Of a stretch of 64,000 nt of DNA, positions 1 through 9,605 are shown piece after piece. Under the pieces are notes generated by a model, which saw only the letters and a program-made list of their open reading frames with translations, had not been told where the DNA came from and ran no database searches. The position numbers and the translations under genes were made by a program. Numbering within the stretch: the stretch's first letter is position 1; each line of letters starts with the position of its first letter. Source of the stretch: an uncultured Acidobacteriota bacterium (lineage in GTDB: Bacteria > Acidobacteriota > Thermoanaerobaculia > Gp7-AA8); assembly GCA_963822445.1 (NCBI GenBank), contig CAWGHO010000003.1, positions 1,504,001 to 1,568,000 of the forward strand, given 5' to 3'.

Positions 1-1626
1 TTCGCATTCCTTTGCTTCATCCCGTTCGGTCTCGCGGCAACGCTGCACGCGCAGCCGTACCCGAACGTCTGTACCGACGACTACTGGAGCAACACCCTGC
101 GGTGCAAGACGTTCCCGCTCCAGGTCCCGCAGTTGAACTGGGGGAGTGTTCCCACCGCTGCGAGCCAGGTGAAGACGCACACGCGAGTCTTTCTGACGGA
201 CGAAACCGATGTGCGCTGTCTCGACGGCACCTTTCCGGTGATCTACGTCGACAAGGCCGTCACGACGAATCCGTCGAACAAGTGGGTCATCACGCTCACA
301 GGCGGCGGCGGTGCCCATCCCTATGACAGCGACGGCGACGGTGTCCGCGATGTGGTGAAGATCGCGGAGACGTATCTCAATGTCACGGAGCGCGATGAGA
401 TGGGAACGTCGCGCGAGCCGCCGATGAAGAGCTTCGGCGGCATTCACCTGCGCGATGCGAGCAATCCGACGTTCTCCGATTACAACCGCGTCCGGATCGA
501 GAAGTGCGGCTATGACCGCCATATGGGACGCGTCGCCTACACCAGTGCCCCCGGTACCGGCTATTTCACGGTCACGCCTCCCGGCGGCTCGGCCGTCAGT
601 TTCGATTTGTGGCAACAGGGCTGGCAGATCCTGGAAGAGACCCTGGACGCGCTACGACCGGGGCTCACGTACACGACCTGGACCCTCGACGCGGCAGGCG
701 CGATCGTGACCGATCCCGCGGCCACGCTACCGCCGCTCGACGATGCGGAGATGGTCCTTTTCGTCGGACATTCCGGCGCGGCGCACGGCCTGATGCACAA
801 CACCGACCGGCTTGCGGCGATGCTGCCTCAGGCCGATGTGCGGGCGCTCTTCGACGCGAATTTTCTGCCGTCGATGGAAAACGAAGTGGGCTTCGACTCG
901 ACACAGGCGGGGGAGACGGCCTACAGCGGTCTTTGGTCGGGGACGACGGACCGCGCCGTCGATCCGTTCTCGTACGACGGATACGGGTATCACACGACCA
1001 GCTTCATTTCCGACCAATACCTGATGTGGGGCGTTTACAACAACGGCCTGGACGCCTCCTGCCTCGACACGCATTACAGCCTTGATCCCGCGCTCGACGA
1101 ATCGTGGAAATGCCGCGACCGGCATCACGTCCTGCTCAATCACATCTCCACGCCGTTCTTCTTCCGCGAGGACTTTACCGACCCCAACCCCGAGCATCTC
1201 TATCTGGGTCTGGCGCACACGGTTCAGTGGGGTGATCCGGGGCTCTACAGTTTCTGCGATCCAGCAGGCAGCATTTGTCTTCCGGAACTGGACCCGGCCG
1301 AGTATCGCGAGCGCCTGCATGCGCAGGTCGAGGCCATGATTTACGAGTCGGCCATCAATTCCGAGCTGGCGACGGGCGCCGACACGAGCATGCCCGCCGG
1401 GACGAATTTCCCGACGTTCTACTCCTGGATGCCCTCTTGCGGAAAGCACGAAGGCGTCTTCGACACCGTTGAATTCACGGAGACGACGATGACGTACCGG
1501 ACGTTCGTGCACACGATGAATTCGTGGCTGGAGGGTTTCATGTCGCTTCCGCGCACGGACCTCCGCGGATTCCGCGTCGATCAGATGATTCTCGATGGGG
1601 ACAGCTTCACCACGCAGTGCCAGTGA
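1..1626 (+). CDS. Secreted pectin acetylesterase/Notum-like alpha/beta hydrolase, 5' end truncated by the window edge
   Basis: Frame is open from base 1 (FAFLCFIPFGLAATLHA|QP, a signal-peptide tail). RCLDGT..KWVITLTGGG resembles the PAE-family CxDG..W..L.GGG motif; nucleophile elbow GHSGAA. Confidence 0.65.
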   Translation, partial: FAFLCFIPFGLAATLHAQPYPNVCTDDYWSNTLRCKTFPLQVPQLNWGSVPTAASQVKTHTRVFLTDETDVRCLDGTFPVIYVDKAVTTNPSNKWVITLTGGGGAHPYDSDGDGVRDVVKIAETYLNVTERDEMGTSREPPMKSFGGIHLRDASNPTFSDYNRVRIEKCGYDRHMGRVAYTSAPGTGYFTVTPPGGSAVSFDLWQQGWQILEETLDALRPGLTYTTWTLDAAGAIVTDPAATLPPLDDAEMVLFVGHSGAAHGLMHNTDRLAAMLPQADVRALFDANFLPSMENEVGFDSTQAGETAYSGLWSGTTDRAVDPFSYDGYGYHTTSFISDQYLMWGVYNNGLDASCLDTHYSLDPALDESWKCRDRHHVLLNHISTPFFFREDFTDPNPEHLYLGLAHTVQWGDPGLYSFCDPAGSICLPELDPAEYRERLHAQVEAMIYESAINSELATGADTSMPAGTNFPTFYSWMPSCGKHEGVFDTVEFTETTMTYRTFVHTMNSWLEGFMSLPRTDLRGFRVDQMILDGDSFTTQCQ

Positions 1627-1627
1627 C

Positions 1628-1686
1628 CGGGGGAGAGCGAGCGCCCTGCTCGCCCGGCGTGGGGCGCCCCGCCCCACGCTCCCCCG
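1628..1686. repeat. REP/REPIN-like compound palindrome
   Basis: Outer stem CGGGGGAG..CTCCCCCG encloses hairpins GCGAGC-N5-GCTCGC and GCGTGGGGCG-CCC-CGCCCCACGC; intergenic. Confidence 0.6.
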
Positions 1687-1709
1687 CCCGGCAGATTTCA
1701 TGCAGGTAG

Positions 1710-1715
1710 TAGAAT
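1710..1715 (+). promoter_or_regulatory. -10 element of a probable leaderless transcript
   Basis: TAGAAT 6 nt upstream of ATG 1722, with no SD sequence. Confidence 0.55.
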
Positions 1716-1721
1716 GCAACC

Positions 1722-2126
1722 ATGGGCATGCCGGTGAAGCTCTCCGATGACCTCGTGAAGGACGCTCGCCAGGAGGCGGAGGCGACCGATCGGTCGCTCA
1801 CCTCGCAGATCGAGCACTGGGCGCGGCTAGGCCGCAAGGTCGAGCGCGTGCTCCAGCATGAAGACGTCTTGAACCTCAAACGCGCCGACGACTCGCCCTT
1901 CGCTCCGCCGACTCGCCGCGCCATTCTGACGGTGCTGCGGCAGATCGCTTCAGGCGCGGCGCGGACCGAGTTGGCGAAAACGCTTCGGCAAAACCGGACC
2001 GTTTATCAGGATGCCGGCGAGTCACGCATCGAGCGGATCGAGCGTGACGGCACGCGCACCATCGGCCGCTTCGTGAATCGCCGGTTCGTCGCCGACGAAC
2101 CGAAGCACGCCGCGCGTCGCAGATGA
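1722..2126 (+). CDS. ParD-like antitoxin (RHH-type, PF11903-like)
   Basis: MPVKLSDDLV..A...DRSLTSQIEHWARLGR signature; ATGA overlap with the next gene. Confidence 0.75.
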   Translation: MGMPVKLSDDLVKDARQEAEATDRSLTSQIEHWARLGRKVERVLQHEDVLNLKRADDSPFAPPTRRAILTVLRQIASGAARTELAKTLRQNRTVYQDAGESRIERIERDGTRTIGRFVNRRFVADEPKHAARRR

Positions 2127-2716
2127 GCTCCCGCCGCGAGGCCTCACTGGTGCTCGTGGCGGTGGCGGGGCCGAACGGCGCCGGCAAGACGACGTTCGTC
2201 GAGATGTTCCTCCACCCGCTCGGCATTCGGGTGGTGAACCCCGACGCCATTGCCCGCGCGCTCTTCCCCGACGCGCCGGGAGAGGCGGCATATGAGGCGG
2301 CGCGCGCGGCCGACGCGGTCCGAGCCGACCTCCTTCGCCGCCGCGTCTCGTTCTGCATGGAAACCGTCTTCTCCGATCCCGCCGGCGCGAAGGTCGCCTT
2401 CCTCGAAGAGGCGCGAAAGGTGGGCTACTTCGTCATCCTGATCTTCATCGGTCTGGAGAGCGCCGATCTCTCGGCCGCCCGCGTGATGCAGCGGACCGAA
2501 GAGGGAGGGCATGACGTGCCTGACGAGAAGATCGGGTCCCGCTTCCCCCGCGTACTGGCGAATCTCGTCCGGGCTTTGCCGGTCGTCGATCACGCCTTCG
2601 TCTTCGACAACAGCTCGGCCGACGCGCCCTATCGCTTTGTCTCAGAGCTGAGAGGCGGCCGCATCGCGAAACGCGGTTCCGCGCGCCCGCGCTGGTGGAC
2701 TGCCCTCGGAATCTGA
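2123..2716 (+). CDS. Zeta-toxin-like P-loop kinase/ATPase (COG4185-like)
   Basis: VAGPNGAGKTT Walker A plus VNPDAIA, ETVFS, GGHDVP and FDNS motifs. Confidence 0.8.
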   Translation: MSSRREASLVLVAVAGPNGAGKTTFVEMFLHPLGIRVVNPDAIARALFPDAPGEAAYEAARAADAVRADLLRRRVSFCMETVFSDPAGAKVAFLEEARKVGYFVILIFIGLESADLSAARVMQRTEEGGHDVPDEKIGSRFPRVLANLVRALPVVDHAFVFDNSSADAPYRFVSELRGGRIAKRGSARPRWWTALGI

Positions 2717-2741
2717 ACCGAGCGCATGGAGGGCGAGCACC

Positions 2742-3458
2742 TCACCGCCGGTGATACCACCACGGCACTTCCGTTTCGGCCCGCGGTTGCCTGCGCGCAC
2801 GCAGTCCGCCAAACAGCGCGATCAGCAGCATCCCCGCGAGGAATCCGCCGATGTGTGCAAAGTAGGCGACGCCGCCCATGTCCTGCGCATCGCGCACGCC
2901 GAGCGAGCCGACGCCGCTGAAGAGCTGCAGCACGAACCAGAGGCCGAGGATGATGATCGCCGGGATCTCGCGAACGGTGATGAAGACGAAGATCGGCAGC
3001 AGGGTCATGACCTGCGCGCGCGGGAACAGAATCAGATACGCGCCGAGCACTCCGGCGATTGCTCCCGAGGCGCCGATCGCCGGAATGCGCGAGCCCGGGC
3101 TGAAGATCGCGTGCGCGAGCGTCGCCAGGAACCCGCACAGCAGATAGAAGAGCAGGTAGCGCGTGCGGCCGAGGCGGTCCTCGATGTTGTCACCGAAGAT
3201 GGCCAGGTAGAGCATGTTGCTGCCGATGTGCATCAGGCTTCCGTGCAGGAACATCGACACCACGATCGTGTAGACGTCGAAGAACCAGTTGCCGGGAATC
3301 CAGTAGCGCGCCGGGATGAACGCGATCCGAAACAGCTCGGGCTCGAGATTCGGTCCGAGCGACAGCTGCCAGAGAAATGCCGCCACGTTGATCGCGATGA
3401 GGCTGTACGTCACGATCGGGACGGTGCGGCGGGGGTTGTTGTCGCGAAGAGGAATCAT
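2742..3458 (-). CDS. Rhomboid family intramembrane serine protease
   Basis: SMFLH..H..NM, GASG (Ser) and AHIGG (His) motifs; multiple TM segments. Confidence 0.92.
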   Translation of the reverse strand: MIPLRDNNPRRTVPIVTYSLIAINVAAFLWQLSLGPNLEPELFRIAFIPARYWIPGNWFFDVYTIVVSMFLHGSLMHIGSNMLYLAIFGDNIEDRLGRTRYLLFYLLCGFLATLAHAIFSPGSRIPAIGASGAIAGVLGAYLILFPRAQVMTLLPIFVFITVREIPAIIILGLWFVLQLFSGVGSLGVRDAQDMGGVAYFAHIGGFLAGMLLIALFGGLRARRQPRAETEVPWWYHRR

Positions 3459-4288
3459 GGTCGGAGCCGTTCAGCGGCCGCGGACGGATCGATGATCTCA
3501 ACAAACGTGCCGGTTCCGAGCTCCAGGCCGGCGATGGCGGTCAGGCGCGGCATCACGTCGATGTATGCGTGCGCTTTCGCAGTCCGCGCAAAGTTCATGA
3601 AGGACCAGTTGAAGGCTGGAGCGACGCCCGACGTTGCGCGCGACACGCTGCGCAGCAGTTCCCCGAGCTCCGCGATCTCGCTGTCATCGAGATCCGCCAT
3701 CGCCGGAACATGCCGCTTCGGCACGATCCACTGTTGATAAGGCATGACCGAGGCGAATGGCGCGATCCAGCGAAACGCATCCGTCTCGGCGATCACGAAT
3801 TCGAGTGACGCACACAGCGGACAAGCGGCCGCGCCCGCGAAAGCGTCGCGCTCGCGAACGATCCGCGGCGGCACGAAAGGCAACGGCACGAGCTGCGAGT
3901 GCAGGTGAGGGATCGACGATCCCGCCTCGAGACCCTCGTTCTTGAAGAGCGCCGTGTATCCCGCGTCTCGATGAGCGCGATAGCGATCGACGTACAAGCG
4001 GACGACGTCCGCCGCATGCTGGATCGTCTCGAAGCGCGCGTCGTGATCGCGCGACTCGACGATCACTTCCGCGCCGTCGACGGCCGGATATTTGTTCGGA
4101 AAAACGCGCGCAAGCCATTGCGTTGAATCGCCGACACGGGAGATCTCAGCCGGGGTGTCGCTCTCGTGTCCGGGGCAGAAAGGGCAGGGCTCGCCAGTGG
4201 TTTCCGCGGTCACGAATGCGCCCTGCCGCGAGGCGCGCTGTGGGGCAAAAAGAATCTCTTCCCCGGTGATCACGTGCCTGCGGGACAC
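3455..4288 (-). CDS. galT: Galactose-1-phosphate uridylyltransferase-like HIT-family protein
   Basis: CPFCPG, RVFPNKYP, EVIVES..H and HLHSQ (HxHxQ) motifs. Confidence 0.75.
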   Translation of the reverse strand: MSRRHVITGEEILFAPQRASRQGAFVTAETTGEPCPFCPGHESDTPAEISRVGDSTQWLARVFPNKYPAVDGAEVIVESRDHDARFETIQHAADVVRLYVDRYRAHRDAGYTALFKNEGLEAGSSIPHLHSQLVPLPFVPPRIVRERDAFAGAAACPLCASLEFVIAETDAFRWIAPFASVMPYQQWIVPKRHVPAMADLDDSEIAELGELLRSVSRATSGVAPAFNWSFMNFARTAKAHAYIDVMPRLTAIAGLELGTGTFVEIIDPSAAAERLRP

Positions 4289-4343
4289 GTCCGGAATCTA
4301 CCACGCCCTGCTACACTGCTTCTTTCCATACAGGAGGATTCCC

Positions 4344-5636
4344 ATGACGCAACTGGCGCCCGAGGTGACAGATTCGTCTTCCACCGATCCGCTCAAGCCT
4401 TCGCAGCGCTGGGTGGTTCTGGCCCTGGCCGGCGTCTTCGCGGCCCTACCGTTCTTCTTCATCGGCGACCTGCAGGTCCACAAGTACGAGATCCGCGACC
4501 TCCAGGCCAGCGGCTTCTTCTTCTCCCTCGGCCTCCTGCCGGGCGCGATCGGCATCGTCTACCACATCGTCACGGCCACCGGCCGGCGCTCGAAAGGGCG
4601 CGAGACCATTCAGCTCTATTACGCGTTCCGCAACTCACGTCCCGAGGCGCGGGCGCAGGAGAAGATCAGCTCGCACACGACCCAGGAAGGATCGACCGAT
4701 CCCCTAGGCGCGATCGCCGCGTCGCTTTTTCTGACGGGCATCTTCCTGCTCATTGCCGTCTTCGCCGGATTCGAGGCGTCGGAACAGAAAGGCTCCGCGT
4801 ACAACGGCGTGATCGGGATGATGTACGCCGGGATCGGCGCGTACGTAGCGGTGCTGTATTACATGGTTGCGCGGCTTTACGCGAACGCGCTTTCTTCGCG
4901 GTTCCTGATGACCAGCGCGTTGCGAACCGCCTCCGCGGTCGCCATCGGCTGGGTCTTCGGAATCGTCGGCGTGACGGCGTTCGCCGGCGTGCCATCCACG
5001 CCTGACGCCACCAGCACCGAAGCCCTCGGATCCCACGCGGTGCTGTTCATGGTGGGCCTGTTCCACAACATGGCCATCGAGGCTCTGCGCAAGAAGGCGT
5101 CGAAGATCTTCGGTTCGGCCGAGCAGGAAGAAACCCTGCCACTGACGACGATCGACGGAATCGACGACACGACGAGCGACCTGCTCACCGAGTATGGCGT
5201 CTCGTCGATTCAGCATCTCTCGACGAGCGAGCCGGGCGATCTGTGCGATCGCACGCTCCTTCCGCTGGATCGCATTCTCGACTGGATCGATCAGGCGCTG
5301 CTGATCCGCTACCTCCGCGCCAACGTCAAGGCGGCCCGCGGGATCGGCATTCGCGGCGCGATCAACCTGGCCCTCGTGCATGCCGGGAATGACACCAAGC
5401 TGCTGACGAGCATCGCCGACAAGGTGAACATGCCTCTCGGAGCGATCGACAACATCGGCCGCGAGCTTCGCGCCGATTACATGGTCGCGCTGATCTACGA
5501 ACTGCAGCAGGGGAAGCCGTTCCCGGCAACGCTGACCGCGTCGGCGCAACCGGCGACGACGCTCGTGGAAGCGTCGCCGATGATGCCGATCAGGCAGGAT
5601 GCCGCGGCGTCATCCGCGGTCCAGACGGCGAGCTAA
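4344..5636 (+). CDS. Multi-pass membrane protein with C-terminal helix-hairpin-helix (DUF4332-like) domain
   Basis: AGGAGG SD before ATG 4344; about 6 hydrophobic segments; C-terminal LTTIDGID..LLTEYGVSSIQHL..WIDQA. Confidence 0.6.
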   Translation: MTQLAPEVTDSSSTDPLKPSQRWVVLALAGVFAALPFFFIGDLQVHKYEIRDLQASGFFFSLGLLPGAIGIVYHIVTATGRRSKGRETIQLYYAFRNSRPEARAQEKISSHTTQEGSTDPLGAIAASLFLTGIFLLIAVFAGFEASEQKGSAYNGVIGMMYAGIGAYVAVLYYMVARLYANALSSRFLMTSALRTASAVAIGWVFGIVGVTAFAGVPSTPDATSTEALGSHAVLFMVGLFHNMAIEALRKKASKIFGSAEQEETLPLTTIDGIDDTTSDLLTEYGVSSIQHLSTSEPGDLCDRTLLPLDRILDWIDQALLIRYLRANVKAARGIGIRGAINLALVHAGNDTKLLTSIADKVNMPLGAIDNIGRELRADYMVALIYELQQGKPFPATLTASAQPATTLVEASPMMPIRQDAAASSAVQTAS

Positions 5637-6209
5637 CACCAGCCGCTGCGCGATTCCGAGAAGCGCTCCGAGCGTAAGCAGGAGCGCCATCCACTCGGGG
5701 ATGCGCAATCCCGCTGGCGCGACCGCGTCCCAGCCGTTGCTGAAGAGGATGTGCGAGACGATCGGAAAGACCACCAGCGCGAGCACGAACTCGCCGCGGC
5801 CGACCGTTTCGTACGTGCGCTCGTGCCACGTTGCCTCGAGCTGCGTGCCGATGTAGCCGTTCAGCATGATGGCGATGACGGCGAGGAGGGCGATCTCCGG
5901 ACGGACTCCGCTGCCGAGGAGCCAGCCGGTGAGGAGCAGCACGTCGCTGACGCGGTCCGCGAAGTGGTCGAGGAAGTCGCCGAAGCGCGACGTCTTGTTC
6001 TGCACGCGGGCCACGATCCCGTCGAACGCATCGGCCAGCCCGCCAACGACGAGAAAGACGATGGCGATGAGGAACTCACGGCGGTAGAGCAGCACCGCGG
6101 CGGTTGCGTTCAGGGCGAGCGCGATCAGGGAGATGGCGTTTGGCGAGAGGGGACAGCGGCGGGCCATCGGCGCGAACCAGCGGTGCAACCGATCGCGCCA
6201 GACCTGCAT
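5610..6209 (-). CDS. CDP-alcohol phosphatidyltransferase
   Basis: DAFDGIVAR....SRFGDFLDHFADRVSD signature. Confidence 0.9.
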   Translation of the reverse strand: MQVWRDRLHRWFAPMARRCPLSPNAISLIALALNATAAVLLYRREFLIAIVFLVVGGLADAFDGIVARVQNKTSRFGDFLDHFADRVSDVLLLTGWLLGSGVRPEIALLAVIAIMLNGYIGTQLEATWHERTYETVGRGEFVLALVVFPIVSHILFSNGWDAVAPAGLRIPEWMALLLTLGALLGIAQRLVLARRLDRG

Positions 6210-6218
6210 GCGCCGATA

Positions 6219-7079
6219 CTAGTAGATGATCACCTCGTCGCCCACGCTGGCCATCTCGTACAGCCTTGAGATGTCCTCGTTCTTCAGCCGCACGCACCCG
6301 TGAGACGCGTTCGTCCCAAGCTGCTTGACGTTCTGCGTTCCGTGCAGCGCGTAGCCGTCGCCGAGGTTGAGGCGGTGGGTGCCGAGGACGTCGGGGAATT
6401 GGCGCGCGGTCGTGCCGACTGGCGGAATCACCACCGCGCCGCCGCGAACGAGCAGCTGGCCGCCTTCCACCTTGTATCCGCTGGCGTAAACCTCGCTTCC
6501 GCTGGCGCAGAGATCGTCGATGCACTCGCCGTAGTCGAGATGTACCGCGCGCAAGCCGTTGTCCTGCGCCTCTTCGATGTAATGCCAGTCCGGCGGCACC
6601 CACTTCGGATCCGTTTCCTTCGAGCGGATGCGGAAGCGGCCGATCGGCGTCCGGAACACCTTCGTCTCGCCGCCGGTGAAGAGAGTCGTGTTCTTCCCGG
6701 TCGAGCAGATCGCGTCGAACACGAGCTGGCCGTTGCGGCGGGCGTAGACCCGGTTCTCGGCGGTCGAGACGGTGATCACGAAGTTGCTGTCGTGCAGGTC
6801 TTCGATCTGCTTGTCGGTCGAAGCAACGTCCGACTGCAGGTTCGTCACCCGCGTCGCGGACTGGGACATGGTCTTCTGCAGGTTCGCGATCTGCTGTTTG
6901 ATCTGCTGCTGGATCAGACGATCGATCGTCTCCACGCGCTGGAGCTTGCGCGCGTCGCTGACGGTGATCGCTTCGGCCGCAACCGCATAAAGCAACACGC
7001 CGACGCCCAGTACCAGCAGCGCCCACGATCCCAGCAGTCCAACCCATCGCGGCATTCGGTATCGCTCCTCAGTAGACAT
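6219..7079 (-). CDS. L,D-transpeptidase (YkuD) with TM anchor and coiled coil
   Basis: YALHGT..LGTNASHGCVRL catalytic motif; N-terminal TM followed by Q/L-rich heptads. Confidence 0.9.
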   Translation of the reverse strand: MSTEERYRMPRWVGLLGSWALLVLGVGVLLYAVAAEAITVSDARKLQRVETIDRLIQQQIKQQIANLQKTMSQSATRVTNLQSDVASTDKQIEDLHDSNFVITVSTAENRVYARRNGQLVFDAICSTGKNTTLFTGGETKVFRTPIGRFRIRSKETDPKWVPPDWHYIEEAQDNGLRAVHLDYGECIDDLCASGSEVYASGYKVEGGQLLVRGGAVVIPPVGTTARQFPDVLGTHRLNLGDGYALHGTQNVKQLGTNASHGCVRLKNEDISRLYEMASVGDEVIIY

Positions 7080-7797
7080 AGACCACCGTCTTCTCTTTGT
7101 TGATGCGTTCCCAGATCGCGGCGAGATCCGCTTCAGCGACCATGAACGATCCGGGTTTGGCTCCCTTCAGCGGACTCTCCTCGCCCGGCGGCGAATGAAT
7201 GACGTAGCCGTTCGGCAGAAAGAGCACGTACTTGCCGATCCCGTTCGGAATCACCGGCCGTTGCGCGGGGATCGGCTGGTTGTTCATCGCGTAAAGCCAC
7301 TCCGGGACCTGCCAGTCGTGCCCGACCATCTTGCCCTCGACCGGAAACGCGCCTTTCAGCGGGAGAAAGGTCCAGGTCTTCTTGTCCGGCGCTTCGATGG
7401 TCCTGCTCTCGCCGACGGTGACGTCGCCTTCGCGCAGGACCGTATCGCCGTAGTAGAAGCGGAACTTGCGCTCGCTGGTGTCGACGCCGATGTGAAAATC
7501 CTCGGATTTGAGGCCGGCCATCAGCTTGGTGCGGCCTTCCAGCTCTTTCTGCAATTGGTCGCGGGTGAGATCCATCTCCGCGAGCTCTTCCTTCATCTTC
7601 CTCACGTCCGCGGGAGTCCGAGCCTCCTCGGTGATGACGTGCGCGAAGCGGGTCGAAATCTTCTCGCGGTGATAGCGCGCGAAGACGACCCCGGCCACGC
7701 CGAGGAGAAGAAGAAGCAGGTTCAGCCAGAGCGGTGGTCGTGGAAACGACCTCCGGTCCGGCGCCTCGGGCCTTGAATGAGTGCGCCGTTCGGGCAT
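7069..7797 (-). CDS. L,D-transpeptidase-fold protein with degenerate active site
   Basis: TM, coiled coil and YkuD-like domain (WQVPEW, GKYVLFLPNGYVIH); SHGCVR is replaced by KPGSFM. Confidence 0.75.
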   Translation of the reverse strand: MPERRTHSRPEAPDRRSFPRPPLWLNLLLLLLGVAGVVFARYHREKISTRFAHVITEEARTPADVRKMKEELAEMDLTRDQLQKELEGRTKLMAGLKSEDFHIGVDTSERKFRFYYGDTVLREGDVTVGESRTIEAPDKKTWTFLPLKGAFPVEGKMVGHDWQVPEWLYAMNNQPIPAQRPVIPNGIGKYVLFLPNGYVIHSPPGEESPLKGAKPGSFMVAEADLAAIWERINKEKTVVYVY

Positions 7798-7813
7798 CGC
7801 TGATAGTTACTTC

Positions 7814-7829
7814 GCGAGGGACGTGCCAA
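7814..7829 (-). promoter_or_regulatory. Putative sigma54 -24/-12 promoter for the LDT pair
   Basis: Minus strand TTGGCACGTCCCTCGC (GG-N10-GC); predicted TSS near 7802, just upstream of ATG 7797. Confidence 0.5.
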
Positions 7830-7880
7830 TCTCATGTGGTTGCGTTGCTACCATCAGGCATTGAACGCGCAGTGGAGAAA

Positions 7881-8006
<126 letters not shown>

Positions 8007-8069
8007 ATTCACGGGGGAATAACTCATATGCTTGCGCGCATTTGAGTCACATCGTTAGGAGATTTGCAG

Positions 8070-8399
8070 ATGGCAGATTCGAAATCAGTTCAACAGCTCA
8101 CCGACTCCGACTTCGACAGCACCGTCAACGGTGGCAAGCCGGTGTTCGTCGATTTCTGGGCGCCGTGGTGCGGCCCGTGTCGCATCGTCGGACCGATCGT
8201 GGAGGAGCTCGCGCCGAGCTACGACGGCAAGGCAGTCATCGCCAAGATGAACGTCGATGACAACCCGCAGGTCGCGCAGCGTTTCGGTGTGACCTCGATC
8301 CCGACGCTGATGATGTTCAAGGACGGCAAGCTGGTCGACCGCATGGTCGGCGCGGCCCCGAAAGACCGTCTGCAGCAGTTCATCGACAAGAACCTCTGA
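8070..8399 (+). CDS. trxA: Thioredoxin
   Basis: WAPWCGPC and SIPT motifs; AGGAG SD 8 nt before ATG 8070. Confidence 0.95.
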   Translation: MADSKSVQQLTDSDFDSTVNGGKPVFVDFWAPWCGPCRIVGPIVEELAPSYDGKAVIAKMNVDDNPQVAQRFGVTSIPTLMMFKDGKLVDRMVGAAPKDRLQQFIDKNL

Positions 8400-8420
8400 T
8401 CGCCCGATCGCGTGCGGCGG

Positions 8421-9605
8421 CTACGGCCGCCGCACGTCCATGCCGTACCCGCCGCGGCACAGCGACTCCACTCCGTTTTCCCGAACGACGAACGTGTCCT
8501 CGATGCGCACGCCGATCTCCCGGTCGGGGAAGTAGAGTCCCGGCTCGACGGTGATGACGTCGCCGGTCTCGATCAGGTCCTCGTTCGCTGGTGTGAGCTG
8601 GAACGCCGGCTTCTCGTGGATCTCCAGCCCCACGCCATGCCCCAGGCCGTGCACGTAGCCTGAAAACGTGGTCGGATCGGCGCGCGAGGTCGGGTAGCCC
8701 TTCCCCTCGAAAAAATCGCAGACGAGCGCCTGATAGGACTGCGCGAGTGTGGCGGGACGGATCGCGTCGCGCGCTCGCGTGAAGGCCTCGAGCACGTCCG
8801 CATGAATGCGTGCGAGCTTCGCCGGAATCTGGCCGACGCAGAACGTCCGGGTGAGGTCGAAGAAGTAGCCGCTGGCTTTGTCCGCGGGAAAGATGTCGAG
8901 GACGATCGGTATGGACTCACACACCCGCGCCTTCGCGTCACCGCGCGAGTGGGGGATTCCGGCATCGCGGCCCTGCGAAAGAATGGTCTCGTGGTCCTCG
9001 ATCATGCCCAGACGGGCGATCTCCTGCGAGACGAACGATTTCAGATCGCCGAGGGTCATCGATGGCGTCCAATCGCTGAGCATCGCGCGCACGCCATCCA
9101 CGACCTGCTCCGTGCGCTCGCCGACGGAACGGATGGCCTCGATCTCCCACTCGTCCTTTCGCTTGCGCGCGAGTTGAATCAGATCCTCGCCGTTCGCGCG
9201 ATGGACGCGCCATCCGCGGCGCTCCATGCTTTCGAAAACGCCGCCGTAGAGATGAATGGGACCGTTGCCGAAGAACGCCACGCTCTTCCCCGCATCCAGC
9301 GCGCTCAACGCGACGCTGAAAAATTCAGCGTAGCCCTCGGCAGCATTCGAGGCCGTCTTGAAGATCCGTTCCGCGTCGAATTCATGGACGAGCCGGACCT
9401 CGAGACCCGTGGCCGCGGCTTCCTCCCGTTCCATCGGGTAGGTGATGAGCACCGGTGCGCGATCGCCGATTTTCACCGCGTAACCGCGGGTCACCTTCGC
9501 GCCGCGCGACAGCCAGCGAAAAGAAGGGTGCATGGCTTCGTGCATGGGCACGATCAGCGCGTCGATGCCGCGCTGCGTCATCAATCGGTGGAGATCGCCG
9601 AGCAT
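8421..9605 (-). CDS. Xaa-Pro aminopeptidase (M24)
   Basis: DLTRT, HGLGHGVGLEIHE, TVEPGLY and GVRIED motifs. Confidence 0.9.
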   Translation of the reverse strand: MLGDLHRLMTQRGIDALIVPMHEAMHPSFRWLSRGAKVTRGYAVKIGDRAPVLITYPMEREEAAATGLEVRLVHEFDAERIFKTASNAAEGYAEFFSVALSALDAGKSVAFFGNGPIHLYGGVFESMERRGWRVHRANGEDLIQLARKRKDEWEIEAIRSVGERTEQVVDGVRAMLSDWTPSMTLGDLKSFVSQEIARLGMIEDHETILSQGRDAGIPHSRGDAKARVCESIPIVLDIFPADKASGYFFDLTRTFCVGQIPAKLARIHADVLEAFTRARDAIRPATLAQSYQALVCDFFEGKGYPTSRADPTTFSGYVHGLGHGVGLEIHEKPAFQLTPANEDLIETGDVITVEPGLYFPDREIGVRIEDTFVVRENGVESLCRGGYGMDVRRP

